In this document: positions 21,401 through 31,300 of the stretch, in pieces | How positions within the stretch are numbered: the first letter of the stretch is position 1 | Layout of the letters: each line of letters starts with the position of its first letter | Assembly: GCA_002269645.1 (NCBI GenBank) | Contig: NIVC01000052.1 | Coordinates: forward strand, 558,001 to 622,000 | DNA length: 64,000 nt | Direction of reading: 5' to 3' | Origin: Macrostomum lignano | Taxonomy: Eukaryota | Program-made: the position numbers and the translations under genes | The notes under the pieces: model-generated | Told to the model about the DNA's origin: nothing | Database searches by the model: none | Seen by the model: the letters and a program-made list of their open reading frames with translations, nothing else

Positions 21401-24400
21401 CCAACATGTCTGTCTCCCAGGAAATCCATCGCGAAACACCTCTGCCGAGCACGCACAGCGGGACAGGGTTGCTAAGCCGGGAATCCACTGCCTCGCCATC
21501 CTAGTAAGCGGAGAAGTGCCAGCACGGATTATCCAAGTGGGGATCAGGATCAGATATGGGAATATCCGCATGACTGCCCACGGTAGAGAGAGACAGGGGG
21601 GAGAATTTTATTTTCAGCCTGGTAGCAGGGCCGATGCCGCGCGGCTTGAAGTCAGCTTCTTCAAGGAGGAAATGAAATATTGCAGCGGAAGGCCTGGAGG
21701 AGCGCGGGGAGTGGAATTGGGAAATGACAAAATGGAGCATCGGGAGAGGAGCGGAGGGGGGAGAGAGGATTGGGTCGATGCTCGCAGGGGGGGGGGCAGG
21801 CATCTCTGGTCTCCAGCTGAGACCGGGAACCTCAGCATCCGAAAGCAATCAACGGCGAGCTTAAAGCAGAAAAGAAGCAATTTGCAAAGCAAAATTTAGC
21901 AGAAAGGTGGGGACGCACAGGTGCAACTAATTCGCCTGAATGGGACAGCAGACAACAAATAGATTCTGAAGAGCATCTCCTCAAAAAATGGACTGCTTCT
22001 ATTAAATATTTTACATTGGCTGACAAATGACCGATCATGATAGACTTGAGCTGCCTCTGATCAGGGGGAGGCATGAAGGAGATCAGCGACCAGTTTGGAC
22101 ACAAATTAATGATGGATGAGTCCAACGTGGAGAGAAGCCGAGTGTAGGGGAGAAGGCCGGGAATGAGTGGCTCAGTCGGCTGACAGCTCGAGGGACGGAC
22201 TCGAAAATGAAGTCGATATAGCGGGGGAGAGAGAGTAGAGGCGGGAAAGAGAGAAGGGGTTGGGGCCGTCGGTTCAGTTGGCTTCGAGTGCACTTGGCAG
22301 ATGCGAGTGCTGCTCACTTCACTGCTCAATTCGGATTTTAATTGGCGAAAGAAATTCGATTTGTATTTGCACACCGATTGACATAGAGCTCAGGGCTGGG
22401 GTCATTGCACACGCGGCCCAGGCTCGATTCCAAGGAATCTCGGTTTGGCTCTGCTCATGCAATTAACGCCTTTGAGCGCCAGCCCACAAGGCAACATCGC
22501 AATGCCTTGTGGCGCAATACAAGCGCACCAATACTCACACACACGCTCACAAAGGGTGTAAAGCGGCCCCGACTTTCTAATCGTTAGGCATGTACCCACT
22601 TTGTGCCTTGGGGGTGTTGGACCTCATGGCTGCGAAAGACGCAACAACCCTACGGCCAAGCGAGTTTTACACACTTGCAGCTTCCATATTGTCCGGTGTT
22701 GAACTTTTCTATTGGGAAGCAGCTCACCGCATCATGAGCAGGTAGTAGTCGGTGTCCTCAACAGTAGCCCTGTACATAGCCAGGTACTGAGGCAGCAGGG
22801 TGGCGGCTGAGCATTCGACAATATATCCGTGATAGGCTTGCAGCACCTGGTGCACCTGTTCCACCTCCTCGCAGGTGATCAGGCGGAGCACGTATCGCCG
22901 ATTTTGGGTGCACAGGAAGCGAGCATCAGCCCGACCGAGCGAGCTGTCCCAGTGCGGCTGGCGCTTCGTCCAGCTGGACAGCAGGTCGGCGGAGTCCGCC
23001 ACGCCGAACTTGGCGCGCAGGTCGGCGAACACTAGCGGGCAGTACTCCTTGAACTGGAAGCGGCTGGGCATGTTGTCTCTGGGAGGTTGGAAAAATCGTT
23101 TGGATTCGTTTTCATTAAAATTCGTTAAAAATTAGAAAGTAGAAGAATCTATACCAATATTCAGTTGGATGATATTTGATCGATTGGAAACTGAAAAGTG
23201 CGCACTGATTGACGAAGTCTTTGTCCAGCCTCCTCCTCACTCATCCCCTTCCCTGTCTCCTCTCCTTTTCCCTCTCTTTTTCTCTGTCTTCTCTCTAGCT
23301 CCCTTTCCTTAATCCTTTCCTGTCTCCCCCTTTCTCACCTTCCCTGTCTCCCTCTCTCCCCTTCCCTGTCTCCCCCTCTCACCTTCCCTGTCTCCCTCTC
23401 TCCCCTTCCCTGTCTCCCCCACTTACCTTCCATGTCTCCCTCTCTCACCTTCCCTGTCTCCCCCTCTCTCACTTTCCCTGTCCCCTGTCTCCCCCTCTCT
23501 CACCTTCCGTCTCCCCCTCTCTCACCTTCCGTCTCCCCCTCTCTCACCTTCCGTCTCCCCCTCTCTCACCTTCCCTGTCCCCTGTCTCCCCCTCTCTCAC
23601 CTTCCGTCTCCCCCTCTCTCACCTTCCCTGTCCCCTGTCTCCCCCTCTCTCACCTTCCGTCTCCCCCTCTCTCACTTTCCCTGTCCCCTGTCTCCCCCTC
23701 TCTCACCTTCCCTGTCTCCCCCTCTCTCACTTTCCCTGTCCCCTGTCTCCCCCTCTCTCACTTTCCCTGTCTCCCCCTCTCTCACCTTCCGTCTCCCCCT
23801 CTCTCACCTTCCGTCTCCCCCTCTCTCACCTTCCGTCTCCCCCTCTCTCACCTTCCCTGTCCCCTGTCTCCCCCTCTCTCACCTTCCGTCTCCCCCTCTC
23901 TCACCTTCCCTGTCCCCTGTCTCCCCCTCTCTCACCTTCCCTGTCCCCTGTCTCCCCCTCTCTCACCTTCCGTCTCCCCCTCTCTCACCTTCCCTGTCCC
24001 CTGTCTCCCCCTCTCTCACCTTCCGTCTCCCCCTCTCTCACTTTCCCTGTCCCCTGTCTCCCCTCTCTCACCTTCTCTGTCTCCCCCTCTCTCACTTTCC
24101 CTGTCCCCTGTCTCCCCCTCTCTCACTTTCCCTGTCTCCCCCTCTCTCACCTTCCGTCTCCCCCTCTCTCACCTTCCGTCTCCCCCTCTCTCACCTTCCG
24201 TCTCCCCCTCTCTCACCTTCCCTGTCCCCTGTCTCCCCCTCTCTCACCTTCCCTGTCCCCTGTCTCCCCCTCTCTCACCTTCCGTCTCCCCCTCTCTCAC
24301 CTTCCCTGTCCCCTGTCTCCCCCTCTCTCACCTTCCGTCTCCCCCTCTCTCACTTTCCCTGTCCCCTGTCTCCCCCTCTCTCACCTTCTCTGTCTCCCCC

Positions 24401-25822
24401 TCTCTCACTTTCCCTGTCCCCTGTCTCCCCCTCTCTCACTTTCCCTGTCTCCCCCTCTCTCACTTTCCCTGTCCCCCGTGTCTCCCCCTCTCACCTTCCC
24501 TGTCTCCCCCTCTCTCACTTTCCCTGTCCCTCGTGTCTCCCCCCTCTCACCTTCCCTGTCTCCCCCTCTCTCACTTTCCCTGTCCCCCGTGTCTCCCCCC
24601 TCTCACCTTCTCTGTCTCCCCCTCTCTCCTGGCTCTCCTGCCCTGCCCTATCTTGTTGTCCCTCCCTCATCGTTATTAACTACTATAAATTCCCCCTTCG
24701 CTTTTCCTCTATTATCATCACATTTTCCTGCAGTGCAACTCTGTCTCATTCATTCCTACCCTAGCAACCAGCATAACCTGACAATTTAGCTACTGATAGA
24801 ATTGCGACGCAGAGCATTCAATGGCGGTAAAATTACTCACCTCCCACTATAGAAGGCAGACCTGCCGATTACTTTACCTGCCCCCTAGAGGAGTAAACAG
24901 CAGCTCCATGCTAAGCATTGCGTGCTGACACAGGCGGCTCATCTCAGATTAACAACAGCGTAAATCCGGCTCACCTGGCTGCATCTGCTACAGCTTAAAG
25001 TCTCTCAGCTGTTTCTCTGACTCTCTCTCTCTCTCTCTCTCTCTCGTCTCAAAGCTAATTAAACGACCGTTTCTCAGTTCATCTACACAGAGCCAACAGA
25101 TTAAATTGATAATTCATCAAGCTTACTGGAAGGAAGCTGCGTGATTGTAATTAACCTGAACTGAACAGGAAACCTGACTGATTGAATGCAAAACTTTTGC
25201 ATACAAAGAAATCGAAGTCGAAGGCCATTAAGCTTATAAAGGCACTCACTTGTTAAACAGATGGTTGTCGACCTTGACCTTCAGATAGCTCTTGAAATCG
25301 TCAGGCAGCAGCATTGTGCGCTTATTCACATGGTTCAGCTGCTCGAACTGGAAGTTGGTGCCAGGTTGTGGTATTGGTCACGTGATGCACTGTTTGGAAA
25401 TCTGGCTAGGGAATTATTAAAGACACATTCTCGCTTCTCTCGATCTCCAAACATTCTCCCGACCCGCTCCCTTCCTCTCCCTCTCCATTTCTCTCCTCTC
25501 ATTCGCTCCCTTCCTCTCCCCCCTCCGCTCCCTTCCTCTCTCCTCCCCCTCCCTTCCTCTCTCCTCCCCCGCTCCCTTCCTCTCCCTCTCCCCCGCTCCC
25601 TTCCCCTCTCTCTCTCTCACCGCTCCCTTCCTCTCCCTCTCTCCCCGCTTGCTTCCTCTCCATCTTCCTGTCCACTACCTTGATATAATTATTCTGGAAG
25701 GTACTTACAGAGTAGCTGATGCCCCACATTATAACTGACTTCAGCGGTTCATTTGCTCGAAATAATTTCAGCTTCTGGCGAACTCCCTTCACTTTGCGAC
25801 TCTTCTTCACGTGAATGTCCAT
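12407..25822 (-). CDS. PIP4K2: PIP4K2-family (phosphatidylinositol-5-phosphate 4-kinase-like) protein, 5 coding exons (25822-25709, 25347-25250, 23078-22728, 13915-13636, 12778-12407), about 404 aa; catalytic residues substituted
   Basis: Contains [76 protein letters not shown] and STVRPEVYARRFLEFI, colinear with PIP4K2A/B. All introns are GT-AG and phases 0/2/2/0 give one open frame. An upstream exon is possible. Confidence 0.93.
12845..13598. repeat. 15-bp minisatellite GCATACAAAA(G/C)AC(A/G)C filling PIP4K intron 4
   Basis: About 50 tandem units. The intron is 857 bp (not a multiple of 3), so the long ORFs over it are artefacts. Confidence 0.95.
13950..14460. repeat. 30-bp minisatellite GTCAGAAGACACTTGGGTATCAGGAGAGGT
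   Basis: Tandem units. The BEL/Pao element is inserted at its edge, with a related remnant after 21305. Confidence 0.92.
14471..14691 (+). repeat. 5' LTR (TGT...AATA)
   Basis: Direct repeat of 21080-21300, followed by the PBS. Confidence 0.95.
14692..14702 (+). promoter_or_regulatory. Primer-binding site TGGCGCCCGAA (tRNA-Lys-like)
   Basis: Immediately 3' of the 5' LTR. 11-nt match to the known Lys-tRNA PBS start TGGCGCCCGAAC. Confidence 0.75.
15137..20653 (+). CDS. BEL/Pao gag-pol polyprotein (about 1838 aa from the first ATG)
   Basis: Domains in order: DUF1759-like LPKRQLPIFTGEIATWQSFWDQF; three CCHC-type knuckles; protease LLDTASNRSY; RT LADIEKAFLQ...FGLSCSP...YVDN; RNase H LHGFSDASERAYAAVVY; integrase H-H-C-C, GLDYAGP, SDNARTF, WGGFWERL. 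The PR-RT-RH-IN order is as expected for BEL/Pao. Confidence 0.97.
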   Translation: MVLSGDELAAAVRKRAGIRSAITKAIAKAEETLLGGPGRVFNRIEAATYIDILSPKLEALHQLDEVIEESVEEDQLDREQEENQTYSLRCISCIKKLTEAVQRHENFAAAANSATGTPGLVSTQVKLPKRQLPIFTGEIATWQSFWDQFESSVHKSSTLADIDKFNYLLSALSDSVKSCIRGLSVTSLNYGIAVEILTERYGKSEVIVRDLMHRISELRLQDTSLRCLQQFHDDISANMRSLESQGVYASSYQSLLVPTLLGRCPASFRLDLLRAAQLQGGSISTLGSFLQLLKSEIEVRESAGNHWGAKSSSQHGSNTDSKSTPKTPMSMASTLVVVPPKAAESDSKHSCPYCKESHSPESCNRVSTVKERRECLASEQRCFRCLRQGHRVPKCRDPIRCQICSGRHHVSLCFQSNSHSQPTGKANKAKAEPTQPRQKQVTIPRNQCLTAAAPDVPQLQDGTESRIAEANSPQELARMDSDGSVVMSMFISGNPSVALPVAKAILISSDGRKEMMVRLLLDTASNRSYIRQDVCEAMGLGAASTETLCVSTFAGLNTTIQSGSVGFSIRKVDSFEVIDLKANVVKTICQPQRSVRMNEFEHLRSLDLADPFDTRDGSTPISILIGSDFYYQIVGDEIIRGLHGPVAISSKLGYLLCGPLTVNTRSRVDGLDEGQSVSEGACTSTPVVCCFASGGSDLVVADSQDFTALWRLDSIGILDDPRPAAAEDFPCNAQLREGRYSVQLPWAYAKEAIELRDHFDLAAHRLRSSMRHLERNPAKLAQCDGILAEQENLGIIEKVPTTESAQPAAIIHYLPHSCVSKSDSEHTKLRMVFDGSAKANSTDFSINDFLLTGPATFPLIPQLLVRFRLKPIAVLADIEKAFLQIGIDPIDRDALRFLWTQGRIGEPRQVVQYRFCRVPFGLSCSPSILQATISQHLELLQKRFPEVVGTLKHSLYVDNLVTCCDSPSEAVEFYTQTKQIFAMAGMNMRQWQSNSKEFMKVLPAADVGSAQKVLGIPWEAGGDIFRLEFSEMLNSVGDEIPSKRLMLAVLARVFDPLGFMTPAIVMVKAWFQQLCKEKVQWDDRLPLGIATQWVGWLSSLRVTCLEIPRCVIPREADTHLCKLQLHGFSDASERAYAAVVYLRVVDTRHHSVSTHLLIAKSRVAPLVPVSISRLELLGALILSRLISFVSIQLPGVQRFRWTDSSNTLQWIKCESKLRQVFVQNRVTEIRRLTDVSEWRHIPGAVNPADLPSRGCLPNRLMENALWLNGPEFLRQVGSSFSDTFDFPGKPSSTAESQNDCEMLQADYESRVETQKSRGEALAMPSVGSQVRERARAGTLLKVFDIQRFSSWIRMTRVLGWVHRFVRNARRSAAERRLDDPSDLSAIEVQEAENSLLRAVQASALDPEIQHLQGAGHRTALIRDLNLVLGEDGLVRSGGRLQDAVPFETNNPVLIPPKHPIEQLLIRHCHSAVFHGGVPATLCKIRERFWILKARQRVRQVLAGCVTCKMLQGCPFSVRSVPQLPRFRLSSIRAFQTVGLDYAGPIIYRTGEGAGENKKSYVLLFTCSATRAVHLEVVRSMDCDQMLHALRRFVARRGIPSVVSDNARTFRAGAKLIGAQISEDLQAFCSSRKISWHFIPERAPWWGGFWERLIGLVKMSLKKAAKRQLLDFDQLVTLVLETEAVVNCRPLLYVSSDDSTEVITPSHFIAAGRLTQESGGVENDGESLLPLPRRLKMLRAALDWFWHQWKTAYLQALREKALKDHPEGRVPRVGEMVLLVGEVHQPRLRWRLGLVEEIRVGRDGAVRSAVVRVSGAGNSRRWERVRRPVQALVPLEIQS
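21073..21079 (+). promoter_or_regulatory. Polypurine tract GGGGGAG
   Basis: Directly 5' of the 3' LTR. Confidence 0.7.
21080..21300 (+). repeat. 3' LTR
   Basis: Direct repeat of 14471-14691. Confidence 0.95.
22417..22657. mobile_element. Diverged, internally inverted relative of SINE family A
   Basis: About 22417-22483 matches the SINE-A B-box region on + (CCAGGCTCGATTCCAAG...TGCAATTAACGCCTTTGAG). About 22530-22615 matches the SINE-A body on - (CCCCAAGGC...GTACATGCCTAACGA...GGGCCGCT.TACAC). Confidence 0.6.
23280..24640. repeat. CT-rich minisatellite (CTCTCTCACCTTCCCTGTCCCC variants) in PIP4K intron 2
   Basis: Pyrimidine-rich + strand with 21-28 bp units. ORF 23432..24679 is an artefact. 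Confidence 0.93.
25440..25670. repeat. CT-rich low-complexity repeat in PIP4K intron 1
   Basis: CGCTCCCTTCCTCTC-like units. Confidence 0.8.
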
Positions 25823-28300
25823 TTCATGCGGCCCTGGCTGCAATGCTTAATTCACTACTGTCTGGAGAGGACAGGCTGCTTGTTAACTGGTTGCACAGAG
25901 TGGTAGCCTAGCCCAAGGCTTGCCAAGTTGGTTGCAGACCTAGAAATTTAGAAAAAATAAAAACAAGTAAGAAACAGTTAATACTGATGTTAGTCTTTTA
26001 ACTGAGAAATAGAAAATCTCTAGCTTTTACAAATTAAAGTTAGGTATTTGATAATAATATAAAATATGAGTTTTAAGGACTATCAAAATATTTAAAAGAA
26101 TGATAGATTCAAATTACTTCTATTTTATTAATACATATGGAAAATATAATTATTCAAATAGATTTAAAAACTTTTTTGAATACTATAATTTATTTTAACC
26201 AGATTTTTTAAATTGATCTGCTTTAAACCAAAAGTAGCATTGTACCTGAAATCGTTATATAAAATATATTTAAATTAAGGCTTTAATTCAGTAAATCGTC
26301 TAACAATTAATAAATATTTAACCATTGAAACTTGAAAACAAATGAAAATTCAAAACTACATATTTAGAGCTAACTATACTCCCTTAGTTAGCCCACACTC
26401 ATAAAAGCCTAGAAAAGAAAATAAAAGAGAAAAACTAAACTTGTGATAATTTGAGGACTATCATTTTTGGACCAGCGATAAGGAGCACAATTAAATTGCA
26501 AAAAGTAAATATATGCTAACACTAACAGAATGATATTATATTTTAAAAAGTTTGTTCTCGTATCATAGAAAGTCGACAATGACAATTTAGTAACTTGAAT
26601 ATATTGGCAGGACGAGTAAAAATTAACTTCGATGTCTAAATGAGAAAAAAATGCTTATGCCTCAAAACTAAAAAAATCGGAAACTCTGTTTAAGTGAATA
26701 TTGATCTTCTTTCAGCTCCTTTTTCGACTATGTCATATTAGAAAAACTAGGTGAAGTGAAGTGAAGTTCTTTCGTTGGCTTTGTTGATGTAAATTGCGAT
26801 CATTTGAGTATTTTCGTGGTTTCTATGAATTTTTTATTTCGCTTTATTGTACGTAAAAAAAATTATAGAAAACGAAAGCTTTTCATGATTTTAATAGAAT
26901 TTTATATTTTTGAAAGGGAAAAAATAAGACAATACAGTTTTCTGTTACCAGAAGTTGCTTGCTTTTGTTATAGCTAATGCCAACTTTGGCACTGCCACTC
27001 TAACGGACTGCCTCATCGCTGACTTGCAGGCGCTTGAGCTGACCCCTCAGGCTGCTGCAACCTGCCCCTCTCGCCTGCTCTGCGAGCGCGTGCGCGCAAG
27101 GGGCCTCCCGTCGGCTTTTAATGAATTTATGATTTTAATCGATAAATGATTTTCATCGCGTCGAGGTTTCGTTCGACAACGATTAAGGCTGTGTATGCTT
27201 TGGAAAGCTTTGAAACTTTGGAAACTTAATGAAAACTGGTTGTCCTAAAATATAATGGGTCAGTTGGTTTTAGCTAAATTTCGCATAATTGAACAATATC
27301 GAACAGTTAAACGCTTAGTTATTGAACGATAATTATACGAAGATGAGGCTGCACCATGCAGTCTCTATTTATTTAAAGTTTACCAAAGCATAAAATAAAT
27401 TTTCAATCGGTATTAGAATGTTAGAATTTTATTTATACTAAGATTTGTTTTGTTTTTCATTCTTATTTTTCATAAAAATTCAATATGTTTATGAAAAATG
27501 CATACACACACAGTACAACTCTGGCGTTAAAAGACCGCCCAATTAACGCATTCAAAAATACAAAAAAGTACGGAATTCGATTACGCTCTAAAATAAAATA
27601 CTATGAAGTTGTACATAATGCATAAAGTTTTGCATAGATCTTAAATTTAATCTGATCATACAGTCGAACTTCGTACACGTGCGGATGTAAGCCTAAATAT
27701 ACGAGCATATAAATGTTTCTGAATATTTGCTTCTCTTATATCTAACGAAAGCAATTGGATCTCAGCACAGCAAAAAAGTGTGCATGTCTCTGAGGTCTAC
27801 AATAGGGAGAAAATTCGTGAAGTGTCTTTACCAACCTTGAAATAATTTTTGTACGAAGTTCAGCATATTTCTCTGAAAATATATCGATGCAGTGCGCTTC
27901 TTTATTTGAATGAAAACTTCATTTCAAGGTTCATCGAGCGATGCCAAACTGGCCTAGCGAGGAAATCTTGGCTAAATGAACGGCTCCAACTCCCAAAGGT
28001 ACTCTGCAAAAGCAAAAACGAAAAAGTAATAACTGCTGAAGTCGAATATATTCGAGCTCACTGTTGCGGTGATATCGCTTCAGACTTTTCCAGAGCTCCT
28101 TTATCGCCTCTGAGCCACACACGCTCAATCGTTCTCCCACACTTTCTTAAAAAAATTTCGAACCTGGATCGGTGGGTGTGCACTCGATCACCCCATTGGA
28201 TTCCGAATCCAAGCTGGAGAAGAATATAAGGGTTGGGGAAAAATTAATGAAACGGAGCTCAATTCTGCTCGGTTCGTTCCCGCTATAGCTCGAAGAAAAA

Positions 28301-31300
28301 ATGGGCGCCATCGCTTTTGCCATTCGACTAGCGGCGTCAGTGAGGTGTCAACTGGAGAACTCGAAACCCTTCATCCTGGGCTTGGTGATTGCCGTCAACT
28401 TATTCGACCAGTGCCTAGTCACCGCCATCGGTGAGCCATTTTTTTGCTTAAGTTCTCGGGGTCTGACTGAACACTACTGCAAACTGCATGACTTCTAAGC
28501 AGATTCCAAGCAGTGCGGTCACTGTAGAGTGTCAAGTTCTGTCACTTCAGTGTGTAAGTATCAGAGCCCGTCATTGCATGTAGTGTCACTCCCTAGTCTC
28601 TCATTGTTGAGTCTCTAACTTTACAGAAGTAGAACCTTTTATAGTCACTGACATGTCTAACACTGCTATATGTGGCTGTACACTACAGTGCTTTAACGGT
28701 TGTAAATTTCGATAAATTTAAATGCCTTTCGCTGAATATTTAGTCCTCTAACAGCATATTTTAGCCCCGATGGTGCATGCGATACAAAACCACCCCGACT
28801 TGCAGCGCCAATTATTCCACACTACCTCTACGAGCGAGATCTCCATTCGGCTAGAGCAGCCAGCTTCAACCAGCAGTCCGCAAGAAATGCCAGCATCTTG
28901 GGCGCAGCTGCCAGCAGCCGGGTAGACAGCCAGGGCGCATCCGGCAGTCTTCCCGTGGTCGACGACATCCGCAAACTGTTGGACATCTCCGACGAAAACG
29001 ACAAAGTGGGCTGCTTACTGGCCTCGAGGTCGCTTGTGCAGATTGTCACCAACCCGTTTGTGGGACATTTTGTCAATAAGTGAGCAGGTTTTTTCGCACG
29101 CCAATCCGACCATAGAATCAACGAATTGACACCCCAATCCGACCATGGAATCACGAATTGACACCCCAATCCGACCATAGAATCAACGAATTGAGACCCC
29201 AATCCGACCATGGAATCACGAATTGACACCCCAATCTGACCATAGAATCAACGAATTGACACCCCAATCCGACCATAGAATCAACGAATTGACACCCCAA
29301 TCCGACCATGGAATCACGAATTGACACCCCAATCTGACCATAGAATCAACGAATTGACACCCCAATCCGACCATAGAATCAACGAATTGACACCCCAATC
29401 CGACCATAGAATCACGAATTGACACCCCAATCCGACCATAGAATCAACGAATTGACACCCCAATCCGACCATAGAATCAACGAATTGACACCCCAATCCG
29501 ACCATAGAATCAACGAATTGACACCCCAATCCGACCATAGAATCAACGAATTGAGACCCCAATCCGACCATAAAATCAACGAATTGACACCCCAATCTGA
29601 CCATAGAATCACGAATTGACACCCCAATCTGACCATAGAATCACGAATTGACACCCCAATCTGACCATAGAATCAACGAATTGACACCCCAATCCGACCA
29701 TAGAATCACAAATTGACACCCCAATCTGACCATAGAATCACGAATTGACACCCCAATCTGACCATAGAATCACGAATTGACACCCCAATCCGACCATAGA
29801 ATCACGAATTGACACCCCAATCTGACCATAGAATCAACGAATTGACACCCCAATCCGACCATAGAATCACGAATTGACACCCCAATCTGACCATAGAATC
29901 AACGAATTGACACCCCAATCCGACCATAGAATCAACGAATTGAGACCCCAATCCGACCATGGAATCACGAATTGACACCCCAATCTGACCATAGAATCAA
30001 CGAATTGACACCCTAATCCGACCATAGAATCAACGAATTGACACCCCAATCTGACCATAGAATCAACGAATTGACACCCCAATCCGACCATAGAATCAAC
30101 GAATTGACACCCCAATCTGACTATAGAATCAACGAATTGACACCCCAATCTGACCATAGAATCACGAATTGACACCCAATCTGACCATAGAATCAACGAA
30201 TTGACACCCCAATCTGACCATAGAATCAACGAATTGACACCCAATCTGACCATAGAATCAACGAATTGAGACCCCAATCTGACCATAGAATCACAAATTG
30301 ACACCCCAATCTGACCATAGAATCAACGAATTGACACCCCAATCTGATTATAGAATCACGAATTGACACCCCAATCTGACCATAGAATCAACGAATTGAC
30401 ACCCTAATCCGACCATAGAATCAACGAATTGACACCCCAATCTGACCATAGAATCAACGAATTGACACCCCAATCCGACCATAGAATCAACGAATTGACA
30501 CCCCAATCTGACTATAGAATCAACGAATTGACACCCCAATCTGACCATAGAATCACGAATTGACACCCCAATCTGACCATAGAATCACGAATTGACACCC
30601 CAATCTGACCATAGAATCAACGAATTGACACCCCAATCCGACCATAGAATCACGAATTGACACCCCAATCCGACCATAGAATCACAAATTGACACCCCAA
30701 TCTGACCATAGAATCAACGAATTGACACCCCAATCTGATTATAGAATCACGAATTGACACCCCAATCTGACCATAGAATCACGAATTGACACCCCAATCT
30801 GACCATAGAATCACGAATTGACACCCCAATCTGACTATAGAATCAACGAATTGACACCCCAATCCGACCATAGAATCACGAATTGACACCCCAATCTGAC
30901 CATAAAATCACGAATTGACACCCCAATCCGACCATAGAATCACAAATTGACACCCCAATCTGACCATAGAATCAACGAATTGACACCCCAATCTGACCAT
31001 AGAATCACGAATTGACACCCCAATCTGACCATAGAATCACGAATTGACACCCCAATCTGACCATAGAATCACGAATTGACACCCCAATCTGACCATAGAA
31101 TCACGAATTGACACCCCAATCTGACTATAGAATCAACGAATTGACACCCCAATCCGACCATAGAATCACGAATTGACACCCCAATCCGACCATAGAATCA
31201 CAAATTGACACCCCAATCTGACTATAGAATCAACGAATTGACACCCCAATCTGACTATAGAATCACGAATTGACACCCCAATCTGACCATAGAATCACGA

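Noticed and set aside
21305-22380. Overlapping 90-210 aa ORFs after the 3' LTR
   Set aside because: No recognisable domain on either strand. Possibly an old TE remnant in the PIP4K intron, but not assignable.
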